Origin: an uncultured Flavobacteriaceae bacterium
Lineage (GTDB): Bacteria; Bacteroidota; Bacteroidia; Flavobacteriales; Flavobacteriaceae
DNA: 64,000 bases
Assembly (NCBI GenBank): GCA_937901915.1
Contig: CALGUD010000150.1
Location: 6,067 to 70,066, forward strand
Reading direction: 5' to 3'
Shown here: positions 9,998 through 18,541 of the stretch, one piece after another
Position numbering within the stretch: the stretch's first letter is position 1
Layout of the letters: the number at the start of each line of letters is the position of its first letter
Notes under the pieces: model-generated
Databases searched by the model: none
Seen by the model: only the letters and a program-made list of their open reading frames with translations
Told to the model about the DNA's origin: nothing
Position numbers and translations under genes: made by a program

Positions 9998-11171
9998 GTA
10001 CGTACCACTTGTTGGTAACTAAGTGTTGAAGACCAATAGGGCCTCTTTGGTGTAATTTATCTGTGCTTATTGCCAATTCTCCACCTAAACCAAACTGAAA
10101 TCCGTCTGTAAACCGGGTTGAAGCATTGTGATAAACAGCTGCACAATCAACATTATTTTGAAATTGCGCTGCAATGTCTTCATTTTTTGTAACTATAGAT
10201 GCTGAGTGACCTCCGGAATATTTGTTGATCTTAGATATGGCTTCGCCCTCGTTATCAACGGTTCCTATCACAATTTTATAATCTAAAAATTCTTCATACC
10301 AGATGTTATCATCGGTAAGTGGTTTTACATTTTGATGGTGTTTTAAAACATCATCAACTATAATTTCCACATTAAATTCTAATAATCTTTCTATCAATTT
10401 GGAAACAAATCCATCAACATCAGTTAATCTTGAGTCAATAAGTACTTTATCTAAGGCATTGCAAACTGAAATTCTGCTGGTTTTTGCATTTACAATAATA
10501 TCTATGGCCAGCTCCTGATCGGCCTCAGGGTGTACATACACAAAATTATTCCCGCGTCCGCTTACAATAACAGGGCATACCGAATTTACTTTTACAAATT
10601 CAATAAGCCGCTCTCCGCCACGTGGAATGATCAGGTCTACTTTTTGGGTCGGGTTTTTAAGGAAATCCTGTATTTCCTGTCTGCTGTATTGTAAATATTC
10701 TACCCAATCAGTAGAAACACCTGTTTCAGTTAGTGCCTTGTGCCATAGGTTTACTAAAGCCAGATTAGAGTTTAAAGATTCTTTTCCACCCTTAAGTAAT
10801 ATTTTGTTTCCGGATTTAAAGGCTATTCCGGCAGCTTCAATGGTAACATCGGGCCTTGATTCGTAAATGATCATCACCGTTCCAAAAGGTGCAGTTTTGT
10901 TTGAAATTTTTAACCCGTTATCATGCGTGAAATTAAACCTTTCATGACCTAATGGATCCTCCTGCGAGGCGAGTTGGTCTAAAGAATCAATCATACCTTG
11001 TATTTTGGTGTCATTGACCTCTAACCTGTCATACATTGCCATATCCTCACCGGAGTAGCTATTCATGTCCAGTTTATTGGCCTTCAGGATCGTATCTTTT
11101 TCCTGTTTCACCAGTTTTGACATCAGTTTTAAAACATTATTTCTCTCTTCAATAGTCAGTTGTGTGTTCAT
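9975..11171 (-). CDS. proA: gamma-glutamyl phosphate reductase
   Basis: 398 aa. ALDH-like with catalytic region SVCNALDKVLI. Confidence 0.9.
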   Translation of the reverse strand: MNTQLTIEERNNVLKLMSKLVKQEKDTILKANKLDMNSYSGEDMAMYDRLEVNDTKIQGMIDSLDQLASQEDPLGHERFNFTHDNGLKISNKTAPFGTVMIIYESRPDVTIEAAGIAFKSGNKILLKGGKESLNSNLALVNLWHKALTETGVSTDWVEYLQYSRQEIQDFLKNPTQKVDLIIPRGGERLIEFVKVNSVCPVIVSGRGNNFVYVHPEADQELAIDIIVNAKTSRISVCNALDKVLIDSRLTDVDGFVSKLIERLLEFNVEIIVDDVLKHHQNVKPLTDDNIWYEEFLDYKIVIGTVDNEGEAISKINKYSGGHSASIVTKNEDIAAQFQNNVDCAAVYHNASTRFTDGFQFGLGGELAISTDKLHQRGPIGLQHLVTNKWYVHGNGQIR

Positions 11172-12313
11172 TATATTGCGTTTTGCGATGCCAGTACTTC
11201 CTCTAAGGCATCAATGAAAATATCGATTTCTGTTTTTGTAATGTTTAAAGGTGGAAGTATCCTTATGATATTTTTATTTGAAGCACCGCCAGTAAAAATA
11301 TGCTTATCATAAATCAGTTTTTTTCTCAGTTCACCTACTTCAAAATCAAATTCGAGTCCTATCATGAGTCCTTTTCCTTTAATTTTTTTAATCAAGGGAA
11401 TTTTTTTGGCTTTTTCAACAAGATAGTTGCCCACTTCATTTACGTTGGCAATTATATTTTCGTTTTCAATGATATCCAATACAGCAATTGCGGCAGCGCA
11501 TGCAAGATGATTGCCACCAAATGTTGTGCCGAGCATGCCATGTTTTGCTTCAAATTTTGGATGAATAAGAACGCCACCTATAGGAAAGCCATTGCCCATT
11601 CCTTTGGCTACAGTTATAATATCCGGTTCTATATTGTGATATTGGTAAGCGAAAAATTTACCACTTCTGCCATATCCGCATTGAATTTCATCAACAATTA
11701 ATACAACATTGTGTTCCTTACATAATTTTGAAACTCCCTGAAAAAATTCTGTAGTACCTTCATCGAGTCCGCCTACTCCTTGTATGGGCTCTATAATAAC
11801 AGCACACACGTTACCCGTTGCTAATTCATAATTCAAAGAGTGAAGTTGGTTTAAAGGTAGGAAAGTAACGTGGTGCTGGTTATTTAATGGTGCGTTAATG
11901 CTTTTGTTGTCTGTAACAGACACTGCTGCTGAGGTCCTACCATGAAAGCCTTTTTCAAATGAAATTACTCTTGATTTACCTGTATGAAACGAGGCTAATT
12001 TAAGAGCATTTTCATTGGCTTCCGCCCCAGAATTACACAAAAATAGTTCATAATTATCACACCCTGAAACATTTCCAAGCTTTTTTGCTAATTCTTTTTG
12101 TAGGGGATTTTGAACAGCATTGGAGTAGAATCCTATTTTATTTACCTGTTCTGTTATTTTTTTTACATATTCAGGGTGAGAGTGCCCTACAGATATAACA
12201 GCATGCCCTCCGTAGAGATCCAGGTATTTTTCACCTTTATCGTCATACACATAGGAGCCTTCACCTTTAACAGGTGTTACATTATAAAGGGGATATACAT
12301 CAAATAGTTCCAT
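11171..12313 (-). CDS. argD: acetylornithine/succinylornithine aminotransferase (class III)
   Basis: 380 aa. Motifs DEIQCGYGRSGK and the PLP-lysine region TVAKGMGNGFP. Confidence 0.85.
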   Translation of the reverse strand: MELFDVYPLYNVTPVKGEGSYVYDDKGEKYLDLYGGHAVISVGHSHPEYVKKITEQVNKIGFYSNAVQNPLQKELAKKLGNVSGCDNYELFLCNSGAEANENALKLASFHTGKSRVISFEKGFHGRTSAAVSVTDNKSINAPLNNQHHVTFLPLNQLHSLNYELATGNVCAVIIEPIQGVGGLDEGTTEFFQGVSKLCKEHNVVLIVDEIQCGYGRSGKFFAYQYHNIEPDIITVAKGMGNGFPIGGVLIHPKFEAKHGMLGTTFGGNHLACAAAIAVLDIIENENIIANVNEVGNYLVEKAKKIPLIKKIKGKGLMIGLEFDFEVGELRKKLIYDKHIFTGGASNKNIIRILPPLNITKTEIDIFIDALEEVLASQNAI

Positions 12314-12363
12314 AATATTATTTTTTAACTGTATAACTTGGACTATAAATTCATAATTCTTAA

Positions 12364-13338
12364 TTAGAAATATGTTGCTTTTAACTTTAACCCATCAGTT
12401 TCACTAAATCCAAAGATAAGGTTCATATTCTGTATTGCCTGTCCGGAAGCTCCTTTTAATAAATTATCTGTTGCACTGGTTATTAACAATACATCATTAT
12501 GTTTATGTAAATGTATATGGCAATTATTGGTATTTACCACCTGTTTTAAATGTATTTCCTTATCTGACATAAACGTAAAGGCTGCATCCTTATAAAATGC
12601 ATTGAACATTTTTTTTGCATCTTCCAAAGAACCGTCGAATTTTGTATAACAGGAGGCTAAAATTCCCCGGGCAAAGTTACCTCTGTTAGGAAGGAAATAA
12701 ATATTAGATTCCTTCTTTTGAAGAGTTTCTATGCTTTCCTGTATTTCCCCTAAATGTTGATGTGTAAAAGGTTTATACCAGGAAACATTATTGTTTCTCC
12801 AACTAAAGTGAGTGGTTTCAGAAGGCTTAATTCCTGCGCCAGTACTTCCTGTTACTGCATTTACATGCACTTCATTTTGCAGTAAACCTGCCGCGGCTAA
12901 GGGTAATAATGCCAATTGTATGGTAGTAGCAAAGCATCCGGGATTAGCTATATAATTAGCTGATTTAATTTTATCCCTTTGTAACTCGGGTAAGCCGTAT
13001 ACAAATTCTTTTCCTTTATAAACGGCATCATTTTTTAACCTGAAATCGTTACTAAGGTCTATAATTTTAGTTTTATTTGAAAATGTGTTTTCATTTAAAA
13101 AAGATTTGGAATTCCCGTGTCCTAAGCAAAGAAAAAGCACATCTACATCCGGATTTATCTCACCGGTAAACTTCAATTCTGTTTGCCCTAAAATATCTTC
13201 ATGAGCTTCAGCTAATGGCGAGCCTGCTTTAGTAGTGCTGTAAACAAAGTCAATTTCAGCATTGGGGTGATTTAAAAGTAACCGGATGAGTTCTCCACCC
13301 GTATATCCTGATCCTCCTATTATTCCTGCTTTAATCAT
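12364..13338 (-). CDS. argC: N-acetyl-gamma-glutamyl-phosphate reductase
   Basis: Catalytic motif NPGCFAT. The start is moved to the internal Met of MIKAGIIGGSGYTGGEL (ATG at 13338-13336). The ORF-track start at 13410 would run 80 nt into argG. Confidence 0.9.
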   Translation of the reverse strand: MIKAGIIGGSGYTGGELIRLLLNHPNAEIDFVYSTTKAGSPLAEAHEDILGQTELKFTGEINPDVDVLFLCLGHGNSKSFLNENTFSNKTKIIDLSNDFRLKNDAVYKGKEFVYGLPELQRDKIKSANYIANPGCFATTIQLALLPLAAAGLLQNEVHVNAVTGSTGAGIKPSETTHFSWRNNNVSWYKPFTHQHLGEIQESIETLQKKESNIYFLPNRGNFARGILASCYTKFDGSLEDAKKMFNAFYKDAAFTFMSDKEIHLKQVVNTNNCHIHLHKHNDVLLITSATDNLLKGASGQAIQNMNLIFGFSETDGLKLKATYF

Positions 13339-14521
13339 GATTTGTATTATTAACAGCCTGGTGTATTTTTGCTGAATTTGACAAAATTTTAATAAATCCT
13401 TTGGCGTCATCTGCAGTCCATCCTTTGTTCATTTCACCATAACTTCCAAAGGATGCATTCATAAGGTCGTGATCAGATTTAATACCATCAATGGTAAACC
13501 TGTATGGATGTAAACTTACAAAAACATCGCCGGATACATTTTTTTGTGAATCTTCAAGAAAAGCTTCAATATTTCGCATCACTTCATCTAAATACTGACC
13601 TTCATGTAATAGCATTCCATACCAGTTAGACAAATAGTCTTTATGTTGCTGTTGCCATTTGGTTAGTACATGTTTTTCCAGCGTATGATGTGCTTTAATA
13701 ATAATAACCGGTGCAGCTGCTTCAAAACCAACCCTTCCTTTAATACCAATAATGGTATCTCCTACATGTATATCCCTGCCAATAGCAAATTTAGAGGCAA
13801 TAGCATTTAATTTTTCAATATTGTTTATGGCTTTATCTTCCTTGTCATCTATAGCTGTAAGTTCCCCTTTTTTAAAGGTAAGTTTTATCTTTTGAGTACC
13901 TTTATTTTCAAGTTGGCTCGGAAAAGCTTCTTCAGGAAGCGGCAGGTGGGAGGTAAGGGTTTCTTCACCACCAACGCTTGTACCCCACAATCCTTTATTG
14001 ACTGAATATTTTGCTTTTTCCCAGGACATATCAATTCCCTTACTTTTCAGGTATTCTATTTCCTCTTGTCTTGAAAGTTTAAGATCCCGGATTGGGGTTA
14101 TGATTTTAATATCCGGTGCCAGTACCTGAAAAATCATATCAAACCGTACCTGGTCATTTCCGGCTCCTGTACTACCGTGAGCAATATATTTTGCTCCCAC
14201 TTTTTTTGCATAATTAACAATCTCTATAGCCTGAACTATTCTCTCAGCACTTACGGATAAAGGATACGTATTATTTTTTAAAACATTACCATAAATCAAA
14301 TACTTAACTACGGTATTATAAAAACTTTGAACCGCATCAATCGATAAATAAGAAGCAGCTCCTAACTGCAATGATTTCTCTTCAATTTTTTTTATCTCAT
14401 CATCAGAAAATCCACCGGTATTTACGCTTACAGCATGCACTTCATATCCTTCTTCAGATAATGATTTTGCACAATACGAAGTATCTAATCCACCACTATA
14501 TGCCAATACTAATTTTTTCAT
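13331..14521 (-). CDS. argG: argininosuccinate synthase
   Basis: 396 aa. ATP-PPase motif AYSGGLDTS. Confidence 0.95.
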   Translation of the reverse strand: MKKLVLAYSGGLDTSYCAKSLSEEGYEVHAVSVNTGGFSDDEIKKIEEKSLQLGAASYLSIDAVQSFYNTVVKYLIYGNVLKNNTYPLSVSAERIVQAIEIVNYAKKVGAKYIAHGSTGAGNDQVRFDMIFQVLAPDIKIITPIRDLKLSRQEEIEYLKSKGIDMSWEKAKYSVNKGLWGTSVGGEETLTSHLPLPEEAFPSQLENKGTQKIKLTFKKGELTAIDDKEDKAINNIEKLNAIASKFAIGRDIHVGDTIIGIKGRVGFEAAAPVIIIKAHHTLEKHVLTKWQQQHKDYLSNWYGMLLHEGQYLDEVMRNIEAFLEDSQKNVSGDVFVSLHPYRFTIDGIKSDHDLMNASFGSYGEMNKGWTADDAKGFIKILSNSAKIHQAVNNTNHD

Positions 14522-14523
14522 CT

Positions 14524-15150
14524 TTAGTCTTTATTTGTATTCTTATTTTTTTTTAAAAAAAGCGATTGTTTTATATCTTTTAATCGTTTTAACACTGTAT
14601 TATCATATTCATGTTTTTGCTTTTTTTTGTCGGCAGGATCATATAACATACCAGTACATAAACACATTTTCTTGTTGGTACGGGTGAGTACGTCATAATT
14701 TACACAGGTCTGACATCCGTTCCAGAAAGTCGGGTCAACAGTAAGTTCAGAAAAAGTTACGGGTTTATAACCCAGTTCATAATTAATCTTCATTACAGCG
14801 AGGCCGGTGGTTATACCAATAATTTTGGCATTCGGGAATTTTTCCCTGCTGTATTTAAAAATTTTTTTCTTTATGTCTTTTGCTAATCCCTGCGCCCTGT
14901 ATTCTGGCACCACAATGAGTCCGGAATGGGCAACAAATTTACCTTCTTCCCAAACCTCTATATAACAAAATCCGGCAAATTTATCTCCGTCAAGGGCTAT
15001 AATAGCGTTCTGGTTCTCCAGTTTTTTCATTATATATTCAGGTGTGCGTTTAGCTATGCCTGTCCCTCGTTGTTTTGCAGATTCTTCAATGGTATCACAT
15101 ATTATTTGTGCATACTTGGCATGTGAACTATTTGCAATAATTATTTGCAT
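14524..15150 (-). CDS. GNAT-family N-acyltransferase heading the arg operon (probable glutamate N-acyltransferase)
   Basis: 208 aa. GNAT core (..GLIVVPEYRAQGLAKDI..) plus a Cys-containing C-terminal extension (CQTC...C.C). Stop lies 2 nt before the argG start. Confidence 0.65.
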   Translation of the reverse strand: MQIIIANSSHAKYAQIICDTIEESAKQRGTGIAKRTPEYIMKKLENQNAIIALDGDKFAGFCYIEVWEEGKFVAHSGLIVVPEYRAQGLAKDIKKKIFKYSREKFPNAKIIGITTGLAVMKINYELGYKPVTFSELTVDPTFWNGCQTCVNYDVLTRTNKKMCLCTGMLYDPADKKKQKHEYDNTVLKRLKDIKQSLFLKKNKNTNKD

Positions 15151-15241
15151 TGACGATTTGATGATTGAGTGATTAAAAAATATATAAAATAATCTTTAGA
15201 TGCGGAGCTGGACTCACCTAACTCCAAATTGAAGTACACCC

Positions 15242-15346
15242 TTACGGGCGACGACGAGGAGAATGACGAAAAGTTTGAATAGCAAAAACAAATCCGGGAG
15301 CAAAAAAGTTCCTAAAGAAGTTTGTTATATTTGAATTGTTTTGCAT
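15242..15346 (-). promoter_or_regulatory. candidate Arg-rich leader peptide ORF upstream of the arg operon
   Basis: Minus-strand ORF, ATG at 15346: MQNNSNITNFFRNFFAPGFVFAIQTFRHSPRRRP*. It has three consecutive Arg codons (CGT CGT CGC) two codons before the stop. It lies 91 nt upstream of the GNAT start, with an A-rich tract before the ATG. Confidence 0.3.
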
Positions 15347-15425
15347 TTTTTCGTAATGTTTTAGTCATTTGATTTGACATAACAATATTATAAAAATATT
15401 TTAAATTAAATGGGTGATACTTTGT

Positions 15426-15433
15426 TAAATTTG
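15426..15433 (+). promoter_or_regulatory. Bacteroidota-type -7 promoter box (TAAATTTG) for pabB
   Basis: Exact match to TAnnTTTG, 27 nt upstream of the ATG at 15460. Confidence 0.4.
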
Positions 15434-15459
15434 TAACAATTCAAACGGACAATTTTTTG

Positions 15460-16773
15460 ATGAAAAGAACTGCAAAAGCCTTTAAAATAAGCTACAATGA
15501 AGAATTTAAACACAATATTTTAAGTTGGGCACAACAATTTGAAGAAGTTGTCTGGCTCGATAGCAATGATTACAACCAACAATTTTCGAGTTTTGAAGCA
15601 ATTTTAGCAACAGATGCCCTCACGTCTTTAAAAACAGATTTTATACAGGCTTTTGAAAATTTAAAAGAGTATCAATCTCTTACTGAGGATTGGCTTTTTG
15701 GGTATCTTACCTATGATTTAAAAAATGATATTGAAGCGCTTTCTTCCAATAACCAGGATGGGATAAAATTTCCTGATCTGTTTTTTTTTCAGCCTAAAAA
15801 ACTTATAAGAATTAAAAAAAATGAGATCATATTTGATTATTTAAGAATGGTTGATGATGAAATAGAAGAAGATTTTGAAAACATCTGCCAAACCAGCAGA
15901 CCGGATATGGTCAATGAAGCCAAACCTCATAATACTTCTGAACTTGGTATAAAACTCCGTATTCCTAAAGATCAATATTATATCAAAGTAAAGAAGGTAT
16001 TGGAGCATATTCACAGGGGAGATATATATGAAGCAAATTTTTGCCAGGAGTTTTATGCGTTGAATGCGGTTATAGATCCGGTTCAGACTTATAATAAACT
16101 TAATTCAATATCAAAACCTCCTTTTGCAACTTTTTTAAAGATGGACGATAAGTACCTCTTGTCTGCTTCCCCGGAACGGTATTTAAAGAAAGAAGGCAAA
16201 AAAATAATATCACAACCAATAAAGGGAACAGCAAAAAGGGCTGATACAGCTCTGGAAGATGATTTATTCCGGTTTTCCCTTGAAAACGATCCTAAGGAAA
16301 GGTCTGAGAATATAATGATTGTTGATCTGGTACGAAATGATCTTTCACGAATTGCTAAAAAAGGAAGTGTAAAGGTTAAGGAATTGTGCAAAGTATATAC
16401 TTTTGAGCAGGTCCACCAAATGATATCTACTGTTGAAGCAGAGGTAGAGGACCATATTCATCCTGTAGAAATTATAAAAGCTACTTTTCCTATGGGGAGT
16501 ATGACAGGAGCACCAAAAATATCTGCCATGAAAGTTATAGAAGAGGTAGAAGAAACGAAACGTGGACTTTACAGCGGGGCGGTAGGGTATTTTAAGCCTT
16601 CGGGTGATTTTGATTTCAATGTTATTATACGTAGCATCCTGTATAACAAAACGGAGAAATATGTTTCGTATTCGGTGGGAAGTGCCATTACTTCCAAATC
16701 AACCCCTGAAAAAGAGTACGAAGAATGTCTTGTAAAAGCAAAAGCAATGAAACAGGTTTTAGAAGGTTATTAA
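15460..16773 (+). CDS. pabB: aminodeoxychorismate synthase component I (chorismate-binding enzyme)
   Basis: Motifs PMGSMTGAPK and RGLYSGAVGYF. The ORF-track start at 15457 is TTG, so the adjacent ATG at 15460 is preferred. Confidence 0.8.
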   Translation: MKRTAKAFKISYNEEFKHNILSWAQQFEEVVWLDSNDYNQQFSSFEAILATDALTSLKTDFIQAFENLKEYQSLTEDWLFGYLTYDLKNDIEALSSNNQDGIKFPDLFFFQPKKLIRIKKNEIIFDYLRMVDDEIEEDFENICQTSRPDMVNEAKPHNTSELGIKLRIPKDQYYIKVKKVLEHIHRGDIYEANFCQEFYALNAVIDPVQTYNKLNSISKPPFATFLKMDDKYLLSASPERYLKKEGKKIISQPIKGTAKRADTALEDDLFRFSLENDPKERSENIMIVDLVRNDLSRIAKKGSVKVKELCKVYTFEQVHQMISTVEAEVEDHIHPVEIIKATFPMGSMTGAPKISAMKVIEEVEETKRGLYSGAVGYFKPSGDFDFNVIIRSILYNKTEKYVSYSVGSAITSKSTPEKEYEECLVKAKAMKQVLEGY

Positions 16774-17477
16774 TCTATATTTTTCCTAAAGCTCTTTCTT
16801 ACAGTAGTTATTATTTTTTTTACTTTTTCAGTTTTTATATCTTTTATAATAGCGATCTCATCATAGGTTAGTTTTCCAAAAACATACATATCAACAATGC
16901 TGGAAGTTTTGACAGGTAACCACATGTATATTTTATTAAGCTTTTTCCTTTTATCATTGTTTATCTCCGTTCTTGGGTCTAAAATATCCAGGGTTTTTAT
17001 AATATTTTGCTCAGCATCGTCATATAAAAATTTCTCTTTTTGATCATCATTCTGATGATAAGAGATATCATCCAACTCTTCATCCATAATCAGGTCCTCG
17101 TGAAGTCCGAGTTTAAATTTTTCTTCAAGGAGGTCGAGTTCTTTACTCAAAATATCACTGGTACTGAGTGTGTCGAGGTGCCATGACTCATTTTCACGGA
17201 GTTCGCTGAGTCGCTCATTTACCAGTTTAAAAAGTTTTAGTTTTATGTCTTGCAAATCCATAGCCTCTTCCCCCGATTTTTCGTATAATTCATAAAATTT
17301 CAGGATAGCATCATCAATAATACCATTGACCTTATACATATTTTTAGGGACTATACCCGAGGTTTCTAATGTGTACATTCTATGCTTCACATACGGGTAC
17401 AATTGTGGCACCACTGAAAGTATCTTTTTCCCAAGATCAGTATGCTTCTTTTCATCAGTAGTCATGTCATTTTTCAT
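16770..17477 (-). CDS. hypothetical protein with sigma-70 region-4-like C-terminal HTH
   Basis: 235 aa. The C-terminus LPVKTSSIVDMYVFGKLTYDEIAIIKDIKTEKVKKIITTVRKSFRKN resembles sigma-70/ECF region 4. A long acidic segment occupies the middle. Confidence 0.45.
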   Translation of the reverse strand: MKNDMTTDEKKHTDLGKKILSVVPQLYPYVKHRMYTLETSGIVPKNMYKVNGIIDDAILKFYELYEKSGEEAMDLQDIKLKLFKLVNERLSELRENESWHLDTLSTSDILSKELDLLEEKFKLGLHEDLIMDEELDDISYHQNDDQKEKFLYDDAEQNIIKTLDILDPRTEINNDKRKKLNKIYMWLPVKTSSIVDMYVFGKLTYDEIAIIKDIKTEKVKKIITTVRKSFRKNID

Positions 17478-17576
17478 AGTAACTTACTTAGGTTTAAATA
17501 ACTGTATCTCCTAAAGTTACAAAAAAGATCAGAGTTATATTTATGAAACTAATAATATCTGCATATTTCAAAATTG

Positions 17577-17584
17577 TATATTTG
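17577..17584 (+). promoter_or_regulatory. -7 promoter box (TATATTTG)
   Basis: Exact TAnnTTTG match, 40 nt upstream of the ATG at 17625. Confidence 0.4.
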
Positions 17585-17624
17585 AGTAATTTAAAATGAA
17601 CATGTAATAACTTTATTTTCTTTA

Positions 17625-18452
17625 ATGAAGCATCAGGGATTTTACTTTACTTCTCATAAAAAGCAATTATTTGGGCAGTATTGGATGCCACAGCAAACAA
17701 AAGCCGTGGTGATATTAGTTCACGGTTTGGGGGAGCACAGTGGCAGATATTCGGACTATGTGGTTCCGGAATTTATAGATAAGGGCTTTGCAGTAATCGG
17801 TTTTGATCATTTCGGACATGGGCATAGCGAAGGAAAACGTGGACATTGTCCTGATTACCAATCACTTTTAGATAGTTTAAAAGCGATTTTTATAAAGGCG
17901 AAGGAGGTTTTTGGCGAAAAACCTACATTTTTATACGGACACAGTCTGGGAGGGAATATAGTGCTTAATTATATAATGCGCCGGCAACCGGATATTAAAG
18001 GAGCGGTTGTAACGAGTCCGTTTTTAAGATTGGCATTTGAACCGCCAAAATGGAAGATTATTCTCGGAAAACTCATGTGGAAAATCTATCCCTCAATCAC
18101 CCTGCCCAGCGGATTAAATCCCAAAGCCATATCAAGAATTGATGATGAAGTAAAAAAATATGAAGGCGACTCACTGGTTCATGACAGGGTGAGTCCGGTG
18201 TTTTCTTTCCCGGTTATGGAAGCCGGGGAGTTTGCTATAGATAAATCGCATACATTATCTGTGCCGGTCTTAGTGCTCCACGGTACGGACGATCAGCTTG
18301 CAGATCATAAAGCAACCATAGAATTTGCGAAGTCGGCCCCCAATACTACCCTAAAATTATATGAAGGCGGGTATCACGAATTGCATAACGACCTGGAGCG
18401 GGAAGAGGTTTTAAAAACAATTGTTGAGTGGATGGAGAGTAAAGCAACCTGA
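17625..18452 (+). CDS. alpha/beta hydrolase (lysophospholipase/monoacylglycerol-lipase-like)
   Basis: 275 aa. Motifs HGLGEHSGRY and the nucleophile elbow GHSLGG. Confidence 0.8.
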   Translation: MKHQGFYFTSHKKQLFGQYWMPQQTKAVVILVHGLGEHSGRYSDYVVPEFIDKGFAVIGFDHFGHGHSEGKRGHCPDYQSLLDSLKAIFIKAKEVFGEKPTFLYGHSLGGNIVLNYIMRRQPDIKGAVVTSPFLRLAFEPPKWKIILGKLMWKIYPSITLPSGLNPKAISRIDDEVKKYEGDSLVHDRVSPVFSFPVMEAGEFAIDKSHTLSVPVLVLHGTDDQLADHKATIEFAKSAPNTTLKLYEGGYHELHNDLEREEVLKTIVEWMESKAT

Positions 18453-18483
18453 CAAATAAAGAAGAAAATGTCACTACAGTATT

Positions 18484-18518
18484 TAATAAAAACCACCCTC
18501 CTTAAATGAATAAGGAGG
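18484..18518 (-). terminator. rho-independent terminator after the LRR gene
   Basis: Stem cctcctta/taaggagg (18497-18504 / 18511-18518), 6-nt loop. On the minus strand it is followed by gtggTTTTTat. Confidence 0.6.
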
Positions 18519-18541
18519 CCACTTTACAAAATTATGATTTG

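Noticed and set aside
13339-13410. N-terminal extension of argC in the ORF track (start at 13410)
   Set aside because: The extension overlaps argG by 80 nt and precedes the canonical MIKAGIIGGSGYTGGEL Rossmann start. The ATG at 13338 is the credible start.
15327-15350. ArgR operator (ARG box) upstream of the arg operon: tttgaattgttttgcatttt
   Set aside because: Only one half (TGAAT) matches the enterobacterial ARG-box consensus. There is no second box at the expected spacing, and I do not reliably know the Bacteroidota ArgR motif. It is left as unassigned.
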